A DNA stretch of 32,854 nucleotides from Anaerolineae bacterium (lineage in GTDB: Bacteria; Chloroflexota; Anaerolineae; B4-G1; SLSP01). The position numbers and the translations under genes are program-made. The stretch lies in NCBI GenBank assembly GCA_049975025.1, contig JBNGDU010000112.1, positions 9,592 through 42,445 on the forward strand, written 5' to 3'. A model generated the notes under the pieces. It was not told the DNA's origin. It was given only the letters and a program-made list of their open reading frames with translations, and did no database searches. Shown here one piece after another: positions 1 to 8,033 of the stretch. Position 1 is the stretch's first letter. Each line of letters opens with the position of its first letter.

Positions 1-356
1 CGAGCTCGTACATCGCCCAATCTCTGATCTACCTCGTCAATTGCGGCGGTTGTGTTTTCGAGGGAGTCAAGCACTGAGGCCAAAGCTATGGCGCCGGCGA
101 CACGCTGCCAAGTCGCGCTAAGGCGCGACAAGCGCATGGCAGCTTGATCCGTCTGCGTCGTCGCAGGAGATGAACCCGGGCTGCCACTCGTCTTAGCCGT
201 CGTTTTTTCCCTCTTAGCGCTTGATGAGGATGAGGGGGAAGGCACCGTAGATGAGATGCTGCGTCTGGGTCTCGAAGAGGTAGGGCGGGATGACTTGTCG
301 CTGGACCTGGATTTCGTTCCGCCGGAGCTGATATTCGATTTCTTGCTCTTTGCCAT
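1..356 (-). CDS. Partial hypothetical protein (runs off window): Ser/Lys/Arg-rich low-complexity N-terminus followed by a helical/coiled-coil-like segment
   Basis: ATG at 356 preceded by GGAGG. The frame is open to the window edge: MAKSKKSNISSGGTKSRSSDKSSRPTSSRPRRS...AAMRLSRLSATWQRVAGAIALASVLDSLENTTAAIDEVDQRLGDVRA. Absent from the ORF track because it has no stop codon in the window. Confidence 0.75.
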   Translation of the reverse strand, partial: MAKSKKSNISSGGTKSRSSDKSSRPTSSRPRRSISSTVPSPSSSSSAKREKTTAKTSGSPGSSPATTQTDQAAMRLSRLSATWQRVAGAIALASVLDSLENTTAAIDEVDQRLGDVRA

Positions 357-516
357 CGGTGACCTCCACGCTAGTGATGGGTGGGTATGTGGCTGCACAA
401 TCCAGCCATGCTGCTTCTTTTGCAGGCGATTGGTCGAGCGAGACCGCTACGTCGAGAACTCCAGGGTGATTGCCGTGTGCCCGAGACTCATCCCGTCGGC
501 TTAGCCGACCGAGATC

Positions 517-1612
517 TCACTCTTGGCCATTCCCCAATTCATGACGTAGAAAGGCTTCCATGAAAGGTTCGAGGTCGCCGTCAAGAACCCCCTGCACGTT
601 CCCGGTTTCTTGGTCTGTACGATGGTCTTTGACCATCTGGTAAGGATGCAACACGTAAGAACGGATCTGATTTCCCCAGCCTGCTTCAACGTGTTCACCC
701 TTCAACTCGTCGATCTGCTGCTGTCGCTCTTCCTCCTGCATCTGGGTGAGACGTGCTCGCAGGATGCGGAGGGCCGTTTCCCGATTTTGTGTCTGAGAGC
801 GTTCGTTCTGACAGGAGACAACGATACCGGTCGGAACATGGGTGATGCGGACGGCGGTTTCGTTCTTCTGCATATGTTGACCGCCGGCCGATGACGCTCG
901 AAAGGTGTCGATCTGGAGATCACCGGGATCGATCTCGACATCGACGTCCTCCTCGAGATCTGGCCAAACCTCAACCAGGACGAACGAGGTGTGACGGCGA
1001 TGCGCTGCGTCAAAGGGGGAGAGACGCACGAGTCTATGAACGCCCCGTTCGGAACGCAGATAGCCATAGGCGTAAAGTCCGTTCACGGCGATTGTCGCGC
1101 TCTTGATGCCCGCGCCCTCACCTTCCATCGAATCCAGGATCTCGGTCCTGTAGTTCTGTTGCTCCGCCCAACGCAAGAACATTCTCAGCAACATACTGGC
1201 CCAATCCTGCGAATCCGTCCCACCGGCCCCTGCGTGAATAGCCATGATGGCATTGCCGCGATCGTGAGGGCCAGAGAGCATCAACCGGAATTCGGCTTGA
1301 TCGAGCTCGGGTTCGAGCCGCTCAACCTCCTTCTCGAGGTCAGGCATGAGATCCTCATCTCCCAGGGCCTCCAATTCACGAATGTCTTCGACTTCCTGGC
1401 GTAGCTTTGTCCAGTAGGTCACCTCCTCCTGCAGAGCTGACAGACGCTGCATCAGCTTGCGGGCGTTATCCGGATTGTCCCATAGATCGGGTGCTGCACT
1501 TTGTCGCTCTAGTTCGGCGAGTTCTTCAATTCGTGCAGGTAAGTCAAAGACGCCTCCAGATGGCTTCGATGCGACTTACCATATGTTCGATACGAGCTGT
1601 TAGTTCACTCAT
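517..1612 (-). CDS. prfB: Peptide chain release factor 2, translated via +1 programmed frameshift (about 364 aa)
   Basis: SPF (LSPFD) and GGQ motifs present. The true start is ATG 1612 with AAGGAG SD. 22 codons (MSELTARIEHMVSRIEAIWRRL) are followed by CTT TGA C, and the +1 frame continues DLPARIEELAELERQSAAPDLWDNPDNARKLMQRL into the 517..1452 ORF. Confidence 0.97.
1543..1557 (-). promoter_or_regulatory. prfB +1 frameshift cassette (internal SD plus CTT TGA C)
   Basis: The minus strand reads GGAGG CGT CTT TGA C, the canonical RF2 autoregulatory shift site. Confidence 0.95.
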
Positions 1613-1654
1613 TTGACACAAACTCCTTGCTTCTGTTATTCGGTATTCTTCAGT

Positions 1655-2554
1655 TTAGGAATCGCCCAAGAGCCCAGCCACGAAATCGTGGCGGTCGAAG
1701 GGCGCGAGGTCTTCAATGCTCTCACCGGTCCCCACGAAGCGGACCGGCAAGTTCAACTTGTGCCCGATGGAGAGGACCATGCCTCCCTTGGCACTTCCAT
1801 CGAGCTTTGCCAGGACAATGCCGCTGACCTTGACAGCTTCAAAGAACTGCTGTGCCTGGATCAAGCCGTTCTGGCCCGTCGTGGCATCCAGGACAAGAAA
1901 GGTCTCATGCGGTGCCCACGCCACCCGTCTGGCGATGATGCGCTGTATTTTCTCCAATTCCGCCATAAGGTTGTGCTGCGTATGCAGTCTGCCTGCCGTG
2001 TCAACGATGAGCACGTCAGCCTTACGATTTTGAGCGTACTTCATAGCATCAAAAGCGACGGCGCTTGGATCCCCTCTCTCAGGTCCGGTGATAACCGGAA
2101 CATCCGCCCGTTCGCCCCAGATTTTGAGCTGATTCATGGCCCCGGCTCGATATGTGTCCGCAGCGGCTAGCACGACTTTGCGACCTTGGGATTTGAATCG
2201 GGCAGCCAGCTTTCCGATGCTCGTGGTCTTTCCTGATCCGTTGACGCCGACAATCAACACAACTGCCAGGGGCCAATCCAGGTTCAAGGGCTCCGGCTCC
2301 GGCAGCAGTGCTAATATCTCTTGGCTAAGCAATCGTTGTAGGTCCTGGGTTTGGTAGATGCCCTCTTCCTCGACGCGCTCGCGTAGCCTTTCCACCAGCG
2401 CCAAAGTCGTCTCGACGCCGACGTCCCCCTGAATTAGAAGCGCTTCAAGATCCGCCCACGTCTCCTCATCAATCTCGCCGGCACCCAGAATGTTGACGAT
2501 CTGACCAAAGACTGTGTTTCGAGTTTTCCGAAGGCTTTCGAAAATCCCCTTCAT
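1655..2554 (-). CDS. ftsY: Signal recognition particle receptor FtsY (NG domain only, no acidic A domain)
   Basis: GVNGSGKTT P-loop, DTYRAGA, DTAGR, KLDGSAKGG and GTGE motifs; GAGGAG SD. Confidence 0.96.
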   Translation of the reverse strand: MKGIFESLRKTRNTVFGQIVNILGAGEIDEETWADLEALLIQGDVGVETTLALVERLRERVEEEGIYQTQDLQRLLSQEILALLPEPEPLNLDWPLAVVLIVGVNGSGKTTSIGKLAARFKSQGRKVVLAAADTYRAGAMNQLKIWGERADVPVITGPERGDPSAVAFDAMKYAQNRKADVLIVDTAGRLHTQHNLMAELEKIQRIIARRVAWAPHETFLVLDATTGQNGLIQAQQFFEAVKVSGIVLAKLDGSAKGGMVLSIGHKLNLPVRFVGTGESIEDLAPFDRHDFVAGLLGDS

Positions 2555-2604
2555 TTACAGTGGCTCCTCTAATATGGCCTTAGGCACGCTCCGCTTCGGC
2601 TGGG

Positions 2605-2633
2605 ATTATAGTCTCAGCGGGTGGGTCCGTCAA
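2605..2633 (-). promoter_or_regulatory. Sigma70-type promoter for ftsY-prfB, overlapping the 3' end of sfsA
   Basis: Minus strand TTGACG (2633-2628), 17-nt spacer, TATAAT (2610-2605). Confidence 0.8.
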
Positions 2634-3354
2634 GGTGAATGGGTACGGCTTTGTCAAAGCATATTGACTGTAGGGTCACGTGACAGGTGAAAGCCTGAAC
2701 GCCGACACCGGCGCGTGCTGCTTCTCGAAGAGCCGAGCCGAAGTCCGGGTCGGTTGCGTCATACGGCTTGAAGCCCGTTGCGTCATCGCGCTGTACCACA
2801 AAGAACACGCTGGCCTCTTCCCCAGACTGAACAGCATCCTTGAGCTCTTGCAGATGGCGTCTGCCGCGCTGGGTAGGGGCGTCTGGAAAACCAGCTATTC
2901 CATTCTCCACAAGGGTCACAGACTTGACCTCTAGCCAGTGGGGCTGTTGAGTGTCGTCTCTCAGAAGAAAGTCCAGACGACTCGCTCCCCGAGAGGCCTC
3001 ACGTTGAATGTGGGCAGATGCGTCGAACCCAGGCAGTGCTCCTCGACGCAAGGCCAGATCGACCAGCCTGTTAGGAAGATGCGAATCAAGGGACACCAGG
3101 GATTCCGGATGCTGGATCAAAACGGCATCGAAGGCGGTCTTCCGACCAGTTGTCGAGGCTGCTTTCAGCCATATGGCTCTTCCCGTCACCAGTAACTCCT
3201 CAAGCCGTCCCGGATTGGCAAGGTACGCGGTGACGCGGCGTCCCTCGATGGTAGCTTGGATGAGGAATCGGTTAATTCTGTCGACGTAGCGGGCCCGGAT
3301 GAGAGGCCCGAACGTGAGACAAATGTCTTCAATCAGCGTTTGATCTTGGCACAT
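2614..3354 (-). CDS. sfsA: DNA/RNA nuclease SfsA (sugar fermentation stimulation protein)
   Basis: RINRF, ANPGRLEEL, SRLDFLL, LEVKSVTL and FPDAPTQRGRRHL motifs typical of SfsA. Confidence 0.93.
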   Translation of the reverse strand: MCQDQTLIEDICLTFGPLIRARYVDRINRFLIQATIEGRRVTAYLANPGRLEELLVTGRAIWLKAASTTGRKTAFDAVLIQHPESLVSLDSHLPNRLVDLALRRGALPGFDASAHIQREASRGASRLDFLLRDDTQQPHWLEVKSVTLVENGIAGFPDAPTQRGRRHLQELKDAVQSGEEASVFFVVQRDDATGFKPYDATDPDFGSALREAARAGVGVQAFTCHVTLQSICFDKAVPIHLDGPTR

Positions 3355-3527
3355 CTACGACTCTACTCCAGTAATCTGCCGCGCACGTCGCGACCGTTCG
3401 TGCTCACGCAGCCAATTGGCGTGCAGCATTGCGCCAGACGAATCCGCAAGGCTCATCCGACGGGCCACTGAACGCTCAAACAAGAATCTACCCATATTCT
3501 AGCGGAAATGGGCTTTTTGGCTAGCAG

Positions 3528-3556
3528 TTGCGCTACTTTTCTAGCTATGATACAAT
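3528..3556 (+). promoter_or_regulatory. Sigma70-type promoter (extended -10) upstream of the candidate ncRNA
   Basis: TTGCGC (3528-3533), 17-nt spacer, TACAAT (3551-3556), with TG at 3548-3549. Confidence 0.7.
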
Positions 3557-3561
3557 TATCG

Positions 3562-3728
3562 GCGATTGAGAACGCCGACTCGAAGGTAGGAGAGCTTATA
3601 CTGAGGACGCGTTGACCCCCGCGCAACGCTGGATAGGGCCTAGGGCCATGGTGTTGATCAGACCCACGAGCTGATGGACAGGAGCGTTAGCCTCTATGTG
3701 ATGTCGGCCTCCATACCATCCACTTCTC
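3562..3728 (+). ncRNA. Candidate structured non-coding RNA (family not recognised; 6S-like or novel)
   Basis: Has its own promoter and no convincing ORF. Closing helix GCCGAC 3574-3579 / GTCGGC 3703-3708. Two hairpins have different stems but near-identical loops. Ends are approximate. Confidence 0.55.
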
Positions 3729-3742
3729 CCCGTATTTACGAT

Positions 3743-3770
3743 TGCTACTGAGATGTTACCAACTTGTCAC
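3743..3770 (+). promoter_or_regulatory. Three direct-repeat hexamers at 11-bp phase (putative transcription factor binding array)
   Basis: TGCTAC 3743, TGTTAC 3754, TGTCAC 3765, ending 10 nt before the tad -35. Confidence 0.5.
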
Positions 3771-3780
3771 TTGCTTTTCC

Positions 3781-3809
3781 TGGACTATCTGTTAAAAATC
3801 GGTTATAAT
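3781..3809 (+). promoter_or_regulatory. Sigma70-type promoter of the tad operon
   Basis: TGGACT (3781-3786), 17-nt spacer, TATAAT (3804-3809). Downstream TAAGGAGG SD before ATG 3906. Confidence 0.75.
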
Positions 3810-3905
3810 AAGAGGGCCGAGCACTCGATAGGAGCTTAGGTTTCGTCGGATCATGTTGATTCGGCGGTAGCGCTTAAGTCCTGACTCATTTTAAGGAGGC
3901 TTTTC

Positions 3906-5036
3906 ATGCGCGGAAACAGAGGTCTGGTCATAGTCGCTCTAGTGCTGATCGTTCTCGCGTTGCTTGCCGGGGGAGCATATCTCTTGCTGAGCAACGGTGG
4001 ATCTGGGGTTGGCCTCCCCGGACAGGGTGAGGCGGAACCTACTATGGAGGCAGCACCCGTTGAGACCACTGACATTGTGGTGGCAATTCAGGACATTCCG
4101 GTTGGCATGGAGATCAGCGTTGAGAACAACGCTGTAGCCCTGCAGGAGTGGCCAAACGAAAATCTTCCTCTGCAGTACTTCACGTCACTGGAGGAAGTCG
4201 ATGGTAAATATGCCCGTATGGAAATTGCCCGCGGGCTTCCTGTGATGCCCAATATGATAGGACGACCTGGTGGTATGCTTTCTGTCTCTGGGTCGGCGGC
4301 GGCGCTCTTCGAGCCCGATGATCGGGTCGCCTATGCGATTCCGCTGGATACTCAGGGAAGCGTTGCTTGGGCGATAAAGCCGGGGGATCGCGTTGACGTC
4401 TTGGCTGCTCTGAATATGGTCCCTGTGAGTTCCGAGTTTGCGACCGAGGGCATCAAGCAGTTCACTTATCTTGAGGAACCCGAGCTACCGAGTCAGACCA
4501 GCCTCTACGGGCGCTTTGAGCTCCTGCCCAATGGGCGCTGGGCGGCAATCTACACAGTTGACGCGACGACGAATCTTGAGCCGGCCCTGATGGTGCAGAT
4601 GACGGTTCAGGATGCTATCGTGTGGCATGTGGGGCTTTGGGAAGACGAGACTGAGGACGTGCAGCCGGCTGTAGAGACTGGCGGCGATGCCGGCGGTGCC
4701 GGCGGTGCAGCGCCGCTGGGCGGTGGCGGGCAACAGCCGCCTGCGACACCAGTGCCGGTTCCCCAGACCCGTGATATCGAGCTGGTGACCCTCTTGGTCA
4801 GCAGGGAGGACGCACTGATTTTGAAGTATCTCTACGAGATCGGTGCCGATATGGATCTTGTTCTTCGCCCTGCCGGCGTCACCGGGACGGTTTTGCAGAC
4901 TCAACCCGTCCTGTTCCGCTACGTCCTTGATAAGTATCAGTTGCCCAGCACAATGCCGGACGATCCAGTTGGGCCGACGCCTCTACAACCGCCACTGAGG
5001 ATCACACCTGAAGCTACGCCAGAAGTGTCTGAGTAG
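3906..5036 (+). CDS. cpaB: Flp pilus assembly protein CpaB/RcpC (N-terminal TM, SAF domain, RcpC domain)
   Basis: TM helix; VVAIQDIPVG...GKYAR..I.RG (SAF-like); IKPGDRVDVL; VTLLVSREDA; MDLVLRP; first gene of the tad cluster. Confidence 0.85.
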   Translation: MRGNRGLVIVALVLIVLALLAGGAYLLLSNGGSGVGLPGQGEAEPTMEAAPVETTDIVVAIQDIPVGMEISVENNAVALQEWPNENLPLQYFTSLEEVDGKYARMEIARGLPVMPNMIGRPGGMLSVSGSAAALFEPDDRVAYAIPLDTQGSVAWAIKPGDRVDVLAALNMVPVSSEFATEGIKQFTYLEEPELPSQTSLYGRFELLPNGRWAAIYTVDATTNLEPALMVQMTVQDAIVWHVGLWEDETEDVQPAVETGGDAGGAGGAAPLGGGGQQPPATPVPVPQTRDIELVTLLVSREDALILKYLYEIGADMDLVLRPAGVTGTVLQTQPVLFRYVLDKYQLPSTMPDDPVGPTPLQPPLRITPEATPEVSE

Positions 5037-5050
5037 CTAGGAGCGAGTGC

Positions 5051-6340
5051 ATGCCTGACCGAATAAAGGTGATGATTGTCGACGATATCGCGGAGACAAG
5101 AGAGCAGCTTCGCAAGCTGCTCTCCTTCGACCCCGATATCGAGGTCGTAGCTATGGTCCCGACGGGGGAGCAGGCGGTTGAAGTTGTCAGGGATGCCTAT
5201 CCCGACGTTATCCTGATGGACGTCAACTTACCGGGAATGGATGGCATTGCTGCGACTTCGAAGGTTGTCGAGGCGGTTCCGAATGTCCAGGTGATCATGC
5301 TCTCGGTCCAAGGGGAGACCGATTATCTGCGGCGGGCTATGATGGCTGGTGCAAGGGACTACCTGACCAAACCCCCAGGCTCAGATGAGCTGTTGGACGC
5401 TATCCATCGAGCTTACAGACTTAAGCAGAAGCTGGGAACGGGTCCACTAGGGCCGGCACCGGGGACGTCAGTACGATCAGCGGATGTTCAGCCAACTTCC
5501 GCTTTGCAGGGCAAGGTTGTTACTGTCTTCAGTCCCAAAGGTGGGACCGGGTGCACGACTCTGGCGGTGAACCTGGCCATGGCTTTGAAGGATATGTTGG
5601 GCGTGGAGTCCAAAGTCTGCCTGATCGACGGCAATCTCCAGTTTGGCGATGTTTCAATCTTTATGAAGTTGCAGCCTGCGCGCACCCTGGCGGATTTGGC
5701 GCCTCACAGTCAGGACTTGGATCCTGATTTGCTCAGCAGTGTATTAGTCACGCATAGTTCCGGCGTTCAGGTTTTGGTTGCCCCATCCTCTCCCGAGGAA
5801 GCGGAGATTTTCAAGGAGGGTGGTGTTGAGGAAAACGGTGCCAATAGCCGCTTCCACGCGATCCTGGAGTTCGTGCGAGGTGAATACGACTATATCATAG
5901 TTGACACAGCTCATCACGTTGATGATGTGCTTCTGGCTGCTATGGATTTGAGCGATCTCTTGCTCGTTGTCACCCGACCGGTGATTCCCGAGATCAGGGG
6001 GGCCCGCCTTTTTGTGGAGCTTCTCCACAAGCTCGGCTATGAGTTCAACAAGGTCGGACTGACTATCAACGGTGTTGACAACAAGCGAATGGGCATTCAA
6101 CCCGAAGCCATCGAGCGTGCAATGATGCCGGCCCTGGCTCACGTTCCTTTGGATGAGCGTACCGCGTTACGCGCCGCGAATCTGGGGGAACCGGTCATGA
6201 TGAAGGGAGCTCGGACAGCTCTGGGGCAAGGGATCCAGGGATTGGCTGAGAAGATGCACGAACGGGTCCACGCGCCGGAGGAGGAAGAAGCAGAGGAAGC
6301 TGAACCTCAGAAGCGCGCTGGTCTGGGTCGTTTGCTGTAG
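5051..6340 (+). CDS. cpaE: Receiver domain fused to CpaE/TadZ (MinD/ParA-like) pilus localisation ATPase
   Basis: N-terminal REC domain (IVDD, LMD, LSV, LTKP), then FSPKGGTGCTT deviant Walker A, LIDGNLQFGDV, YIIVDT. Confidence 0.88.
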   Translation: MPDRIKVMIVDDIAETREQLRKLLSFDPDIEVVAMVPTGEQAVEVVRDAYPDVILMDVNLPGMDGIAATSKVVEAVPNVQVIMLSVQGETDYLRRAMMAGARDYLTKPPGSDELLDAIHRAYRLKQKLGTGPLGPAPGTSVRSADVQPTSALQGKVVTVFSPKGGTGCTTLAVNLAMALKDMLGVESKVCLIDGNLQFGDVSIFMKLQPARTLADLAPHSQDLDPDLLSSVLVTHSSGVQVLVAPSSPEEAEIFKEGGVEENGANSRFHAILEFVRGEYDYIIVDTAHHVDDVLLAAMDLSDLLLVVTRPVIPEIRGARLFVELLHKLGYEFNKVGLTINGVDNKRMGIQPEAIERAMMPALAHVPLDERTALRAANLGEPVMMKGARTALGQGIQGLAEKMHERVHAPEEEEAEEAEPQKRAGLGRLL

Positions 6341-6558
6341 TGGAGCCATGTAGCTGTTCTGCTGCATGAAATGAGAAGAGCAAGCTGGTAGATGGAGCGA
6401 GCTTGCCCGAAATGGATATGTCTGGTTCAGCCACGGTAAGCGTTTCTGTTCGTCGGCATAGATAGTGTGTAGAGTCCGGACAGTTATGCAAGGGCGTCTA
6501 CGAAGACCCAGGTCGAGGTTGACTGGACCGGATGAAAGGATCAAGGCAAAGGTGAATT

Positions 6559-7971
6559 ATGTCTCTCTTGCGTAGGATCGAAAAGAAGCCTGGCGGATCA
6601 TCGGATGCGACTAGACAGGGACCGTCCTCCACTCCCTCGCAGAAACCGGGGGGCTCTGGGGGAAATGGATCAGTACAAAGACGACCGGTACCGCGCGCGC
6701 GCGACGCCTATATGGATCTGAAGAATCGCGTGCAAAACCGGCTCATCGCCGAATTGGACCCCGCTATGGATGTCTCGCGGACTCAAGAGGTGCGTGAGAC
6801 CATTAAGGAAATGTACGACGAGATCCTGCAGGAAGAGAGCATCATCCTGGGACGTCGTGAGCGGGATGTGCTCTTCCAGCAGATCGTCGCAGAGATCCTG
6901 GGTTTGGGTCCGCTAGAGCCTTTGCTTGCCGATGAGGCTATCAGTGAGATTATGGTCAACGGCGCCAAGCAGATCTTTGTGGAGCGAGAAGGTAGACTTC
7001 ACAGAGTCAACATCACCTTTGAGTCTGACGAGCACCTGATGAGGATTATCGAGCGCATTGTGGCGCCGCTAGGTCGCCGGATCGATGAGAGTAGCCCGAC
7101 GGTTGACGCCCGGCTTAAGGACGGTTCGCGCGTCAATGCCGTTATCCCGCCGATATCGCTTCAGGGCCCCATCTTGACGATTCGTAAGTTCTTCAAGAGA
7201 CCTCTCACGGTGGAGGATCTGATCCGATTTGGGACCATCACCGAGGAGTCCATCGAGTTCCTCCGGTCGTGCGTGGTAGCGGCCCTCAACATCATTGTCT
7301 CCGGTGGCACCGGCACCGGTAAGACGACGTTCCTCAACGTCCTCTCAGGCTACATACCGGTCGAGGATCGGATCATCACGATCGAGAACGCCGCAGAGCT
7401 GCAGCTACGCCAGGAGCATGTGGTTACCCTTGAGTCACGCCCCCCCAATGTCGAGGGCAAAGGCGAGGTCTCAATTCGAGACCTGGTCATCAACTCTCTG
7501 CGAATGCGACCAACGCGGATCGTCGTGGGCGAGTGTCGTGGCGGGGAGGCGCTTGACATGCTGCAGGCGATGAACACCGGACACGACGGCAGTATGACGA
7601 CGCTGCACGCTAACAACACGCGGGACGCGCTTTCGCGTCTTGAGACGATGGTTTTGATGGCGGGCATGGAATTGCCACACCGCGCGATTCGGGAGCAGAT
7701 TGCTTCCGCTATCGACCTGATCGTCCAGCTAGAGCGTATGCGCGATGGTTCCCGCCGTGTGGTTTCCATCACTGAGGTTCAAGGCATGGAGGGCGACGTC
7801 ATCACAACGGCGGATATTTTCAAGTTTGAGCAGAGCGGATACGAGGACGGCAAGGTGATCGGCAGATTAAGGCCTACCGGCATTCGCCCGAAGTTCATTG
7901 ATCGCATCGAACAAGCAGGCATTCATCTACCTCCCTCTGTCTTCGGCGTTGCTCAGCGACTACGTTATTAG
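6559..7971 (+). CDS. cpaF: Tad pilus assembly ATPase CpaF/TadA
   Basis: GLGPLEPLL, EIMVNG, GGTGTGKTT, LRMRPTRIVVGECRGGEA, AMNTGHDGSMTTLHAN. Confidence 0.96.
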   Translation: MSLLRRIEKKPGGSSDATRQGPSSTPSQKPGGSGGNGSVQRRPVPRARDAYMDLKNRVQNRLIAELDPAMDVSRTQEVRETIKEMYDEILQEESIILGRRERDVLFQQIVAEILGLGPLEPLLADEAISEIMVNGAKQIFVEREGRLHRVNITFESDEHLMRIIERIVAPLGRRIDESSPTVDARLKDGSRVNAVIPPISLQGPILTIRKFFKRPLTVEDLIRFGTITEESIEFLRSCVVAALNIIVSGGTGTGKTTFLNVLSGYIPVEDRIITIENAAELQLRQEHVVTLESRPPNVEGKGEVSIRDLVINSLRMRPTRIVVGECRGGEALDMLQAMNTGHDGSMTTLHANNTRDALSRLETMVLMAGMELPHRAIREQIASAIDLIVQLERMRDGSRRVVSITEVQGMEGDVITTADIFKFEQSGYEDGKVIGRLRPTGIRPKFIDRIEQAGIHLPPSVFGVAQRLRY

Positions 7972-8033
7972 TGTGGGTCCGCAAGCTATGCGACCGGCTG
8001 CAGATTAGCAGGATCTAGAGAGGCTGGTTCATC

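Noticed and set aside
3601-3636. Hammerhead-like core CTGAGGA followed by a stem
   Set aside because: The required GAAA after stem II is absent (TGGATAG instead).
3648-3751. Short ORFs (8 aa and 25 aa) upstream of cpaB as a possible Flp pilin
   Set aside because: No G|xxxxEY prepilin motif or hydrophobic helix, and they are too short.
4678-4765. GGCGGTGCC-type short repeats in cpaB
   Set aside because: They simply encode a Gly/Ala/Pro-rich linker, not a repeat element.
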